A DNA stretch of 64,000 nucleotides from Acidilobaceae archaeon (GTDB taxonomy: Archaea; Thermoproteota; Thermoprotei_A; Sulfolobales; Acidilobaceae), in contig JAWAWX010000001.1 in the NCBI GenBank assembly GCA_038897215.1, positions 288,001 to 352,000 on the forward strand. Reading direction: 5' to 3'. The position numbers and the translations under genes are program-made. The first letter of the stretch is position 1; each line of letters opens with the position of its first letter. Shown here piece after piece: positions 1 through 9,496 of the stretch. Below the pieces are notes generated by a model, which was not told the origin of the DNA, did no database searches, and saw only the letters and a list, made by a program, of their open reading frames with translations.

Positions 1-74
1 GCCAGCAGGATAGCCCAGAGTGCGGCGAGAGCTAGAGCGAGCACAGCGAGCCGCGAGAGGCTCTCTAAGACCAA
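1..74 (-). CDS. 5' end of a membrane or secreted protein (partial, continues beyond window)
   Basis: Manual translation from TTG at 74: MVLESLSRLAVLALALAALWAILL, a signal-peptide-like stretch. TATA-like AATATAAG lies at ~107-114 on the minus strand. Confidence 0.5.
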   Translation of the reverse strand, partial: MVLESLSRLAVLALALAALWAILL

Positions 75-213
75 GCCGGGCCCTCGCTCAAGCTGTGGAA
101 TCTGCTCTTATATTCAGAGATTACGGAGCGAGCAGAGCTCTCCTCTAGCCAGCTCTATTCGGTCGAGCGCTCTCCCCACAGCTCTCGTCGGCCCGCTCGT
201 GCCTCCACATCAG

Positions 214-273
214 CTGGTCAGCGAAGGACCACTTCTTCACAGAGCTCCGAGGTACTCTCCGCTCATCACTCCA
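214..273 (-). ncRNA. C/D box 2'-O-methylation guide sRNA (likely 16S rRNA targets)
   Basis: Layout: C GTGATGA (269-263), guide GCGGAGAGTACCT, D' CGGA, C' TGTGA(AGA), guide AGTGGTCCTTCG, D CTGA (221-218), short tgg/cca terminal stem. Guides are complementary to recalled crenarchaeal 16S segments GGUACUC and GGAGGACCAC. Confidence 0.85.
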
Positions 274-324
274 CTCAGCTTTCCCCCCGGAGGACTATTA
301 AGTGCTACGAGGAGCCGGGAGGGC

Positions 325-1686
325 TTATGCTATGAATAGGTCTTTGTACGCTTCGGCTATCTCCGTGCTCTTCTTGAGGTCCGCGAAGAGCCTGGCTGCT
401 TCGAGCACGTCCTGCTCCTCTACTCTACTCGAGCCTCTCCTCTGAGCTATCACCTTCGCTGGCTCGAGTAGCTGGACAGCGTACCTCAGGCTTCTCTCTC
501 TGCCTATCTTCGTGAGAGCTCTGACAGCTTCCTCTGATAGTATCACGTCCTCCTCGTCTGCTCTCAGCAGTATGATCTCTCTTATCTCGTCCTCTGTGTA
601 GGGCCTCGTGGTTATTATGAGTAGCCTGTCTAGCAGGTCTCTCGGCATCCCGTGGGGAGACTCGACATCAGTCCCTCTGATCTTAGTTATGCCTCTGTTA
701 GTCGCCATGACTATGAGTGGAGCGAACTCGCTCTCCATGGCTCTGGTTAGGAAGGAGTAGCACTCGAGGTCTAGCATGTGAGCATCGTCTATGAAGAGGA
801 CTCCGGGCAAGACCTCGGCTTTCCCCTCGTCTACCAGCTTCTTGGCTAGCTCGTCTGCTCTCTTCCTGTCCTCCTCGCTTATCTCTCTCTCGGACTCGAA
901 TAGAGCGAATATCCCCCCGAAGACTACTCTGCGAGCGGCCATCGAGACGTCTAGGTCGTGGAGCGTGAAGACTCTCACGAACTCCTTGGTCTTCCTGACG
1001 GGGCCGCTCGGGATCTCTGCTTCTCTCTCTAGCTCGATATCGTAGCGCTTCTCAGCCTTCTCTCTAACCTTCCCCAGCTTCCTCACGACGCCGGTCTCCG
1101 TGTCTATAGCTATGACGTCCCCCTTCCTCACGTTGAGAGAGAGGAGTTGCTCGGCTATCTCGGGGCCTACGCTGAACGACATTGAGTCGTCTCTAGTCTC
1201 TAGCGTTATTCTGGCTCCCGCTAGCGATACAGCGAAGGGGGCTAGGCTGCTCCGCCTTCGAGTATAGCTTATCTCCGTCACGACGCCCTCTACTACCGGC
1301 CTGACCTCTCTGACCCTCAAGCCCATAGCCTTCCTGATGGACTGAAGCAAGACCTCTATCTTGTTCCTGCTCCCCACTATCTCGCTAGCGTTCACAGCGA
1401 CGAAGGGAGTGTCCTCTCCCAGCTCTCTAGCCATGGCTATGGCTATCGCAGTCTTGCCCGTACCGGGCGGGCCGACTATGAGGACACCCCTGCCTCCAAG
1501 CCTCCCCTCTCTAGCCAGCTGGACTATGACGCCCGCGGCCTCTCTAGCCTCCTCCTGGCCTACGAGGCCCTCTCCCACCTTCTTAGCCTTCCCGTTCTTG
1601 TCGAGACCGAGGCCTCTGATGTGGCTGTGGATAGACCTCTTGAGAGCTACTCTGGGGATCGGTCTGATCTTGACCTCTCCGCTCAT
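325..1686 (-). CDS. TIP49/RuvB-like AAA+ ATPase (TBP-interacting protein)
   Basis: HSHIRGLGLD N-terminus, Walker A GPPGTGKT, LFIDDAHMLD, SPHGMPRDLLDRLLI, SLRYAVQLL. Confidence 0.95.
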   Translation of the reverse strand: MSGEVKIRPIPRVALKRSIHSHIRGLGLDKNGKAKKVGEGLVGQEEAREAAGVIVQLAREGRLGGRGVLIVGPPGTGKTAIAIAMARELGEDTPFVAVNASEIVGSRNKIEVLLQSIRKAMGLRVREVRPVVEGVVTEISYTRRRSSLAPFAVSLAGARITLETRDDSMSFSVGPEIAEQLLSLNVRKGDVIAIDTETGVVRKLGKVREKAEKRYDIELEREAEIPSGPVRKTKEFVRVFTLHDLDVSMAARRVVFGGIFALFESEREISEEDRKRADELAKKLVDEGKAEVLPGVLFIDDAHMLDLECYSFLTRAMESEFAPLIVMATNRGITKIRGTDVESPHGMPRDLLDRLLIITTRPYTEDEIREIILLRADEEDVILSEEAVRALTKIGRERSLRYAVQLLEPAKVIAQRRGSSRVEEQDVLEAARLFADLKKSTEIAEAYKDLFIA

Positions 1687-1851
1687 TGGGTCCCGCCTTG
1701 AACCACGAGTCTCTCTCCTCGGAGCTAATAAGCCTGGGGATTGAGTCGAGCACTCTCCCCTCTTCCCGAGCGCTAGGGGAGCCGCTCTAGCTCGCTCTAG
1801 TGCACTACTGCTATATTACTCTCCCCTCGCTGTAATGATGGATGGGGGAGC

Positions 1852-3699
1852 GTGAGAGTGGAGGTCTTCGACGTCTACGAGTCGTACGTGGAGAGAGCGG
1901 AGTGGCTGACTAGAGATAACGCGAACATACCGGAGTCCATAGGGGGTCTTCTGAACGCTATGCTAGGAGAGGCTCTCTACCAGCTCGCTCTAAGAATCGT
2001 CCCGAGGAGGGCTCTAGAGCTCCACGAGGAGGGCTGGGTCTACGTGTATAAGCTGAGAGACGGGAGTGCTGTCAAGCCCTACTGTGGAGGCATAGACGCT
2101 AGGCTCTTGGTCGAGAAGGGGCTCAAGACGCCCACCGTGGTCTCAAGCCCTCCTAGGCATCTAGACTCCGCTGTAGACCAGATGGTTAACGCCATGTACT
2201 CGTTCAGCTTCGAGAGGACGGGAGCGATAGGCTTGTACGGAGTAGACCTCAACCTCGCTCCATTCGTTGAGAAAGACGGGCTGAGCTATGCTGGCGTCAA
2301 GCAGAACATCCAGAGGCTCGTCTACAACCTGAACTACCCCCTGAAGACGGGGCAGAGCCCCTTCACCAACGTGATCCTAGCGTTCTCGAACAGGATGTAT
2401 AGAGCTCAGCCTCTCCCAGGGCTCAGGCTCGGAGAGCTCTACGAGAGCTATGTGGGCAGAGCGCTAGAGGTAGTCAAGGCGCTTGCTGAGGTGTTCAGCG
2501 AGGGAGACTCTCTCCGCCAGCCCTTCACCTTCCCCATAACCACGAGTCTCGTGAACAGAGACTTCGAGAAGCTCCTCGAGTCAGATGGGCCTCTCTGGGA
2601 GAAGTACTGGGGGATGGTCTCCGAGGTGGGGCAGATGTATTTCCTCAACGGCTTCAACCACAGAGCAGAGGACCTCTTCTCCTTCTGCTGCCGCCTCATC
2701 TCCGACATGGATAGAGTCAGAGAGCACTTGAGGATAGCTAAGGGAGTCTGGGACATGCCTCCGAGCGTCGGCTCGGTCAACGTCGTGGTAGTGAACGCGC
2801 CCAGACTAGCCTTCACAGCACTCGCCTCAGACGAGAGCAGAGCATTCGAGAAGCTAGATGAGCTCCTGGAAGCCGCTAGAGAGGCTTTGAACGCTCTCCG
2901 CGCCCAGTACCTCAGGCTACACAGGCTAGGCTTCTACCCGATGACAGCCGAGTACATCGATAGAGAGAATCCATTCAAGTACTACTACAACACCATCGGG
3001 GTCATAGGCATGGCTGAGTACGCTGCGATAATGTCCGGCGACCCCGGCTTCTGGACCGACGGGGGGAGGCTGAGCGAGGCTCTATCGAGCTACGAGAAGC
3101 TCCTCAACTACATCCACGAGAGGCTCGCTGAACTCGAGGAGGAAGACGGAGTCCTCTACAACGTCGAGGAAGTGCCGGGAGAAACCCTGGGGGTCAAGCT
3201 CGCAGAGAAGGACCTGCGGTGGCTCAAGGCGAGAGGGAGGCAGGACTTGGCGCTATTCATCCCAGTAGGAGAGCTCCCCGAGGGGAAGAAGCCATTCTAC
3301 ACGAACCAGCTCACGCCACCCTACTCTACAGCACACCTACGCGACCAGCTCTGGCTCGAGTCCAGAGCTCAGCCTATGTTCACGGGCGGAGTCATGAAGC
3401 ACGTCTTCGTAGACAGGAGGCTACCTCCTGACGTAGTCGCTAGATTCGTGCTGAGAGTAATGAGGGAAACTAGCGTCGTCTACATGAGCATAACTCCAAC
3501 AATAGCAGTATGCCCCAGATGCAGGCTAAGACAGGTAGGCAGGATGGAGAGATGCCCCAGGTGCGGAGAGCCCCTAGACGTCTGGAGCAGGATCGTGGGC
3601 TACTACAGGCCCATCAGGATGTGGAATAGCGGGAGGAGAGCAGAGTTCGCCATCAGGAGAGACTACTCGGAGGAAGTCTTAGAGATAGCGGGCGACTAG
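1852..3699 (+). CDS. nrdD: Anaerobic (class III) ribonucleoside-triphosphate reductase, no ATP cone
   Basis: PYC, QPFTFP, FCCRL, YNVEEVPGE, YTN, C-terminal CPRC..CPRC zinc site and glycyl-radical motif SRIVGYY. Confidence 0.93.
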   Translation: MRVEVFDVYESYVERAEWLTRDNANIPESIGGLLNAMLGEALYQLALRIVPRRALELHEEGWVYVYKLRDGSAVKPYCGGIDARLLVEKGLKTPTVVSSPPRHLDSAVDQMVNAMYSFSFERTGAIGLYGVDLNLAPFVEKDGLSYAGVKQNIQRLVYNLNYPLKTGQSPFTNVILAFSNRMYRAQPLPGLRLGELYESYVGRALEVVKALAEVFSEGDSLRQPFTFPITTSLVNRDFEKLLESDGPLWEKYWGMVSEVGQMYFLNGFNHRAEDLFSFCCRLISDMDRVREHLRIAKGVWDMPPSVGSVNVVVVNAPRLAFTALASDESRAFEKLDELLEAAREALNALRAQYLRLHRLGFYPMTAEYIDRENPFKYYYNTIGVIGMAEYAAIMSGDPGFWTDGGRLSEALSSYEKLLNYIHERLAELEEEDGVLYNVEEVPGETLGVKLAEKDLRWLKARGRQDLALFIPVGELPEGKKPFYTNQLTPPYSTAHLRDQLWLESRAQPMFTGGVMKHVFVDRRLPPDVVARFVLRVMRETSVVYMSITPTIAVCPRCRLRQVGRMERCPRCGEPLDVWSRIVGYYRPIRMWNSGRRAEFAIRRDYSEEVLEIAGD

Positions 3700-4616
3700 A
3701 GCCCCCTCACTCTAGAGCAGAGGTGTCTCAGAGCGCACTCCTCGCACCTGCCTAGCCGGCAGTAGTTCCCCATGTGGTAGTAGGCAGCGTTCTGGAACCA
3801 GCCCAGTAGCTCTCCCAGCCTGTCTCTCAGAATGCTCTCGATGCAGACGCCTCTCAGGGGGCACGAGTCGCAGGAGTGTTTGGCGCAGTACCTCTTCTCG
3901 GGCTTTCTCAGAGCTCCCTCTAGAGCGTTGAAGCTTTCGAGGAATCTGACTAAGTTGACGTCTACGGGGGCTACGTCTCTGCGAGCGAGGACGTGGAGTA
4001 GGTAGGAGTGGTAGACTTTCGGGCCTACGTTGCCGCACTTGAGGAGCTCTCTGTGCTCTCCTCTGAGCACTCGCTCTCTGACGCTAGAGTAGCATCTTAG
4101 AGCCGCGGGGAGCTGCCTCAGCTGGTAGCTCGAGCCCGCTAGCCTAACGATCCTCCTCCCGTCTAGCTCAGCCGCTCTCGAGACGTCCCCCAGGCTGTAG
4201 AGGAGCTCTCTCACCCACCTCACAGTATTCCTGTCGTAGTCTGTGTTACGTGAGAGGAATATGCTGGCGAAGACAGCGTAGTCGTCTCTAGGGGATACGG
4301 AGACGCCGAGAGAGCCGTAGACCTCTAGGAGGAGGCCCGCCAGCTCTCCCAGAGCTCCTCCTCGAGGAGGCTCGAGAGACTGCACGTCGACCCAGGAGCC
4401 CGCCAGGTACGCTCCGTAGTCTACGCACTCTCTGCTCTCGTGCCTCACAGTTATTCTGCCCCCCTCGCTCTCCATGACCGCTCCGGAGCAGAAACCCCAC
4501 CTCTTGACAGCTTTCCTGCCGTCTTCAGAGATGTCGAAGAGCGGTCTGGCGAAAGAGGGGTAGAGTACGTCGGATACCTTGAACGACCCGCTCGCTGTCA
4601 CGGAGAGCTCTCTCAA
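3696..4616 (-). CDS. HhH-GPD superfamily DNA glycosylase/lyase-like protein with two Cys4 clusters
   Basis: FLSRNT, HhH motif NVGPKV, PVDVN, and two Cx4Cx2Cx5C motifs. Start moved from 4679 to in-frame TTG 4616 because a TTTTTAAG box lies at ~4656-4663. Confidence 0.7.
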   Translation of the reverse strand: MRELSVTASGSFKVSDVLYPSFARPLFDISEDGRKAVKRWGFCSGAVMESEGGRITVRHESRECVDYGAYLAGSWVDVQSLEPPRGGALGELAGLLLEVYGSLGVSVSPRDDYAVFASIFLSRNTDYDRNTVRWVRELLYSLGDVSRAAELDGRRIVRLAGSSYQLRQLPAALRCYSSVRERVLRGEHRELLKCGNVGPKVYHSYLLHVLARRDVAPVDVNLVRFLESFNALEGALRKPEKRYCAKHSCDSCPLRGVCIESILRDRLGELLGWFQNAAYYHMGNYCRLGRCEECALRHLCSRVRGL

Positions 4617-4724
4617 GGAGGGGCATCCCGTGGATCTCGCATAGCGACGATAAGAGCTTAAAAACAGTATAGTCAGCAACGCTAGCCGGCTTTCCCCGAG
4701 CCTCCTCGGGCTCCTCGCTCGCGT

Positions 4725-7700
4725 CTACCTAATCCACCGCTTGAAAGCCACTGCTACTCTCTTGTAGACGTGGTGAAGGCTCTCTCTAGCCTTGCTCTCG
4801 TCCACGCTAGGGTCTATGGATTTGATGAAGCTCAAGTCTATTCTGAGCCTAACGGGATCTACTCGAGCAGGGTCTTCTGAGTACTGCTCGACCACTCTCC
4901 TAGGCTTAGCTGACGCGAGCTCATCGAAAGCGCTAGCCAGCCTTCTGAGAGCGTCTTCGCTCAGCTTCCCGACATCGAGCACTGGTAGCGTCCTCCACTG
5001 AGCTATCTTCAGGCTTATCCACGGCCCTTCAGTCTCCTCTCTACTCATGAGGACGGAGAGTATCCCCCAGGTTGTGTTAAGCCAGAGCACTAGAGCCTTC
5101 TCGGCCTCCGCTACCGGCTTCTTCAGCTTGACAGCGTAGAACATGTTGGATAGAATGGGTGTCTCCGAGTACATGGCTATCGCGTGAGCCGTGCTTAACC
5201 GTATTCTATCGGGGACTAGCACTCTACCGGAGAACCTCTCGAAGATCTCTCGAGCTTTACCAGTCTTGCAGATAGCGTGAGCGTTAGGCTTAACGAGCAT
5301 CGATACTCTAACCTCTTCTCCGCCCCCGTAGATTATCGGGTAGGGGGTTTTCGAGCTAGAGTAGCTGAAGTGGTCGTGGAACTGGTGTCTGTCTATGCCT
5401 ATGCTCTCAGCGAGCTCCACTAGTCTCGCCACGGGGACCTTCAAGCCGAGAATGCTCAAGTCTCCCTCTAGGACTCTCAAGCCTATCTCTACTACTTCAC
5501 GCTCGGGCAGGAAGACGAACCTGTTCCAGTTGTCTAGACTCTCGAGCAGAGACTTTCTGCTAGCCCTGGTGATTATGCAAGATGCTCCACTAGCTAGCTC
5601 TACCAGGCCGTCCCGCTGGAGCACTGACCCGGAGATCTTCTCGGATAGCATTATGGCCTCTAGAGCAGACCTCGGCTTTTTGAGCATGTTGACGAATAGT
5701 GTCTCCTCGTCTGGAGAGTGGCTATCGACTCTCCTAGCTACGATCAGGCACTCGCTCAAGCTCGTCCCCTCTGAGAAGTTGTAGCCGTTCTCCGGGTCGC
5801 TACTCACGATCACGTACCTCACGTGAAACTTCTCTGCTAACAGTGCTCTAGCCAGGAACCACGAGACTCCAGAGAGAGTGTTTCTCGGCAGGACGAAGGC
5901 TATCACTCCGCCTGGTCTAACGTACTTGTAGGCTAGGTAGAGGAAGAGGAGCCCCTCGCCAGCCTGGCCTATGCCGAGATACTGAGCTAGAGAGAGCTCT
6001 CCTCTCCCGCTCTCTTCGAGTAGAACTCTGTACTCGCGGGAAACATGCTCTTTCTCCGCGAGGCTTCTGGCTATCTTTCTGAGCTCTTCTCTCACTCTCT
6101 CCCGGACTTCATCGTACCTCCTTAAGATAGCCTCTCTGCTCCTCTCATCGCCTATGAAGCCGAAGAGTCCTCTACGCTTTTCTCCAAACTCTCTACTAAC
6201 TCTCCCAGTAGCTCTAGTGAATGGGGGGTTCATCACGATCAAGTCGTAGCTATCTAGGACCTCTACTTTGCCGCTGACTACTCTAGTTGTGGATACTGCT
6301 TCTACTGCTCCTCTCAGCCCGCCCTCGATCCATCTCAGCATCCCCCCGAAGGACTTAGCGCCGTTTAGGAGCTCTAGCGAGCCGAGCCACGCTCTATTGT
6401 TAGAGGTGACGCCTAGGTATACCGAGGCCACGTTCTCTCTACTGATAGCCTCCGGGACCATGAGCGCTAGGTTTAGCGCTGTTATCTGAGCAGCGTATCT
6501 GAGCGCGTCGAAGCCGTATATGCCGTCCTCTACCAGCTTCTTCTCCACGCTCACAGCCCTCTCCCCGTCTCCGCATAGACACTCGAGGTCGTGCAGGAAC
6601 GAGACGACCCTAGCTATCCTCGATGCGTTGTAGAGTGTGGATGTTAGTAGGGTCCCGCTACCGCAAGCGAAGTCTGCTATCTTTAGCTCGCATATCCTGC
6701 CGATGACTTCGCCTGCTCTGTTTTTATCGAGCTTTCCGATGTCGTCTACTCCTAGGAGCTCTTTGAGAGCGAGATTTGTCAGCATGTACGCAGCGGGGAT
6801 CTCGGTGTAGAACGTAGCGAAGCCCTTCCTGACAGCAATATCGCCGGCTATCTCGTGGTAGACTCTGCCAGCAAAGTCTCTAGCTAGGAGACCACTCATC
6901 TGAGATACACGTATAGCCGTATCGACTAATCTCTGAACCTGGCTTCCGAGATGTGGTGGGAGAACTCTGAGGACGTCGACAGCTGGCGCTAGCGCTGGCT
7001 CGTAGTCTACTTTCATCAAGTCCTCGATAGCCTCTCTGAGCCCATCTATGGGACCACGGGACTTGACGTAATCTCGTAAAGGCTTGAGCTCGTGGAGATG
7101 CCTTACCCGCTCGTAGAGCACAGATGATAAGAGCACTGCTAGCGCCGCTTGCCCGAACACTACCTCAGCGTCTCTAGCCTCAGATACCTCGAAGCCGTAG
7201 AGCTTGTAGAGCACGCTTGCAACACTCTCTCTGAGCTCTCTACCCTCGGAGAGCGCGCTAGCTACCTTGACGAAATCTCCGATGACCTGCTTCACGCTAT
7301 CTACTTCTCGCTGAACCTCAGTCTCGCTCACAAGGTATGCTACAGCGAGCTTGATGATGTCTGCTAAGTCTCCTAGCTTAATGCCCTCTAGCCACCCCTC
7401 AGCAGGCTTAGCGATGCGAGTCTTCTCAGCTAGATACCTCTCGAGGCCTCTAGCTTCTACCGGAGCGAGGACCATGGCGTTGAGAGGCGTCTCTCTAAGC
7501 TTTCTCGCCAGCTCCTCTTCTGGAATATCGCGGTATCTCTCCGCGTAGTGGAGAGCTATAGCTATATCGGCTAGACCCTCCTCAACTCTCCTTCTGGCAT
7601 CGCTCTCAGCATCGCTCCTATTGTACGAGCCCTCGATAGCGACCCTAAACCCCTCGTAGAAGCACCTGATATCAGGCCGGGCTCTGCGCAGAGCTCTCTC

Positions 7701-7805
7701 AGCTCTACAGTCGAGCCCGAAGCTCTCGCTGAGAATGCTGGCTACTCTAACGTTCAGCTCGCTCTCGTGAACAACCCCCACTGTCATCACGGCCAGCCTC
7801 TGCAA
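4725..7805 (-). CDS. Type IIG-like fused restriction endonuclease / amino-methyltransferase
   Basis: N-terminal RPDI..AIEG nuclease-like motif, ATFYT, motif I DFACGSG, motif IV NPPF, C-terminal target-recognition-like region. Real start may be ATG 7787. Confidence 0.85.
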   Translation of the reverse strand: MQRLAVMTVGVVHESELNVRVASILSESFGLDCRAERALRRARPDIRCFYEGFRVAIEGSYNRSDAESDARRRVEEGLADIAIALHYAERYRDIPEEELARKLRETPLNAMVLAPVEARGLERYLAEKTRIAKPAEGWLEGIKLGDLADIIKLAVAYLVSETEVQREVDSVKQVIGDFVKVASALSEGRELRESVASVLYKLYGFEVSEARDAEVVFGQAALAVLLSSVLYERVRHLHELKPLRDYVKSRGPIDGLREAIEDLMKVDYEPALAPAVDVLRVLPPHLGSQVQRLVDTAIRVSQMSGLLARDFAGRVYHEIAGDIAVRKGFATFYTEIPAAYMLTNLALKELLGVDDIGKLDKNRAGEVIGRICELKIADFACGSGTLLTSTLYNASRIARVVSFLHDLECLCGDGERAVSVEKKLVEDGIYGFDALRYAAQITALNLALMVPEAISRENVASVYLGVTSNNRAWLGSLELLNGAKSFGGMLRWIEGGLRGAVEAVSTTRVVSGKVEVLDSYDLIVMNPPFTRATGRVSREFGEKRRGLFGFIGDERSREAILRRYDEVRERVREELRKIARSLAEKEHVSREYRVLLEESGRGELSLAQYLGIGQAGEGLLFLYLAYKYVRPGGVIAFVLPRNTLSGVSWFLARALLAEKFHVRYVIVSSDPENGYNFSEGTSLSECLIVARRVDSHSPDEETLFVNMLKKPRSALEAIMLSEKISGSVLQRDGLVELASGASCIITRASRKSLLESLDNWNRFVFLPEREVVEIGLRVLEGDLSILGLKVPVARLVELAESIGIDRHQFHDHFSYSSSKTPYPIIYGGGEEVRVSMLVKPNAHAICKTGKAREIFERFSGRVLVPDRIRLSTAHAIAMYSETPILSNMFYAVKLKKPVAEAEKALVLWLNTTWGILSVLMSREETEGPWISLKIAQWRTLPVLDVGKLSEDALRRLASAFDELASAKPRRVVEQYSEDPARVDPVRLRIDLSFIKSIDPSVDESKARESLHHVYKRVAVAFKRWIR

Positions 7806-7918
7806 TCAACCTCATCGTGAAGAGCTGTCTTCGATAACGCTGGAGTACGCGCGAGCTTATAGAGAGTCAGAGTCGGCGCTGAGCGGCCTGAAGACTGAGA
7901 GCTCAGAGAGAGCCGCGG

Positions 7919-8527
7919 CTAGACTCCCAGCTTCCCCGCTTCCTCGTCTAGTCTAGCTATGCTCGGTAGCGCTCCAAAGCTCTTAGCAGAGGCTCTCATA
8001 ACTACCGCGTGCTCGTCTGGCTCGTAGTGCCACTCGTAGGCTGTCTCGACGGGCTTCTGCGGTGCCGGTCTGTCTTCGAGATAGTAGTGAGCCTCCACCA
8101 CGCTCTCTCCGGGAGCCCACTTGACTACAACCACGTCTGCTCGGAGCTCACAGCGCTCTAGCGCTACGAACTCTAGCTCTAGGTACGGCTCGAGGGGCTC
8201 GAACTCCAGGTCGTTCAGCTCGTAGCAGCCACTGGCTCCGAGAGCTCCTAGAATCTTCTCGGAGAGCTCCTCCCAGGCTACCAGACCGTAGAACACTAGC
8301 TCCTCGACGACGCTCTCCGCTCTCACGCTATCCGCGACCTTGAGCTTCGAGCCAAGAGCCGGGAGTCTATCGGAGTAGTCTGAGAGAACGTCGGCTAGAG
8401 TGCTCAGCAACCTCTCAGGGCTAGTGCTCAGCCTCTCGGCTAGCTTGGAGAGCTTCTCTAGAGCGCTCCGCTTGATCTCGACGCTTAGCACGACAGCCTC
8501 CTCTCTAGCCTCGCTCACATCCAGCAC
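7919..8527 (-). CDS. Hypothetical acidic protein, possible N-terminal ribbon-helix-helix
   Basis: 202 aa ORF with host-like codon usage. LSVEIKRSALEKLSKLAERLSTSPERLL resembles an RHH. TATA-like GATATATAG lies upstream. Confidence 0.6.
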   Translation of the reverse strand: MLDVSEAREEAVVLSVEIKRSALEKLSKLAERLSTSPERLLSTLADVLSDYSDRLPALGSKLKVADSVRAESVVEELVFYGLVAWEELSEKILGALGASGCYELNDLEFEPLEPYLELEFVALERCELRADVVVVKWAPGESVVEAHYYLEDRPAPQKPVETAYEWHYEPDEHAVVMRASAKSFGALPSIARLDEEAGKLGV

Positions 8528-8574
8528 CGAGAGAACTACTCGAGAACAGGGAGCAGAGCTATATATCGAGAATC

Positions 8575-8640
8575 GATTGGGGGCTAGGGAGTCCTCATCG
8601 GAGGACTCCCTCAGGGCCGGCCCGGTTATCTCATCCAGTA
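8575..8640 (-). ncRNA. Atypical C/D box guide sRNA (16S targets) with internal 11-bp hairpin
   Basis: Layout: C TGGATGA, guide AACCGGGCCGGCC, D' CTGA, spacer, C' ATGAGGA, guide CTCCCTAGCCC, degenerate D CCAA. Guides match recalled 16S GCCGGCCCGGU and GGGCUAGGGGG. Has its own TATA-like GATAAAAG at ~8662-8669. Confidence 0.7.
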
Positions 8641-8680
8641 GCCTCTATCTCTAGCCCAGAGCTTTTATCGAGAGCCGCTC

Positions 8681-9370
8681 CTAGAGGCTCATGACCTTCC
8701 TCCTGAAGAAGGGGTTCTTCTCCACGAGCTCTCTCACAGCCTCCTCTATGGGCGTAGACGCGTCTAGCTCCTTCTTCAGGAAGACTCCCGTCCTCCCGTG
8801 CTCTCTCCTGCGGGTCAGGACTCTCACTCTCTCGAGAACAGTCTCTAGAGAGACCCCGAGGACTCTCGCTACGTGAGCCTCTCTCCCCACAACCGGCGAC
8901 TCTCTATGCCCCAAGGGCGTGGGCTCTATGAGCATGAGCCTCTTGTCCACGCCGGGGAGCCTTCTGCCTCTCTCCAGGTCTTCGAGCGTAGCCTCTCCTC
9001 CCCACTTGTAGAACTCTCTCTCTGTCTTCGAGAGAGCTCCTAGAGGGAGGCTGACCACTACTAGCCCCCTATCGTCTAGGTATATGTAGGCCTTGGGAGT
9101 GCTCGAGGGAGTAGCCTGGATCACCTCCTTCCACCTAGCCTTGTAGCCTGCTCTCTCTAAAGCCAACTCTACTAGGAGCGGTGGGGTCGGGTTGACAACG
9201 AACACGTCTACATCGCTATCCTCGTCTACATCTCCTCGAGCCACACTACCGTGGACTATAGAGTACACAGCAGACGACGCTAGAGCCCTCATGATGCTAG
9301 CCGCCAGCCTCCTCTTCTCCTCGAGTAGCTTCCAGCGCTCGCGCGAGTAGACTACCTCCACCTCGCTCAC
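8681..9370 (-). CDS. Pol-beta superfamily nucleotidyltransferase (conserved archaeal family)
   Basis: HGSVARGDVDEDSDVD motif, QATP..TPKAY, GVDKRL, R..GRTGVF. Confidence 0.88.
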   Translation of the reverse strand: MSEVEVVYSRERWKLLEEKRRLAASIMRALASSAVYSIVHGSVARGDVDEDSDVDVFVVNPTPPLLVELALERAGYKARWKEVIQATPSSTPKAYIYLDDRGLVVVSLPLGALSKTEREFYKWGGEATLEDLERGRRLPGVDKRLMLIEPTPLGHRESPVVGREAHVARVLGVSLETVLERVRVLTRRREHGRTGVFLKKELDASTPIEEAVRELVEKNPFFRRKVMSL

Positions 9371-9496
9371 TAGAGCCGAGCCCTCCTAGTAGAGCGTCTG
9401 GTTGATTTCCTGAGGATTAAGCTTAAATGTTTCATGAGAGATTCGAGAACAGCGACCTAGTTGGAGAACGTGATTGCTCAAGGACCGTCCAGCAAG

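Noticed and set aside
8586-8611. Hairpin as terminator, CRISPR repeat or hammerhead ribozyme
   Set aside because: Single copy, no U-tract, no CUGAUGA/GAAA core; better explained as part of a C/D sRNA
9421-9476. Similarity to the pur promoter (GCTTAAATGT..CATGAG, ACGTGATTG)
   Set aside because: Spacing differs, part is a generic TATA box, and there is no matching downstream gene; likely chance
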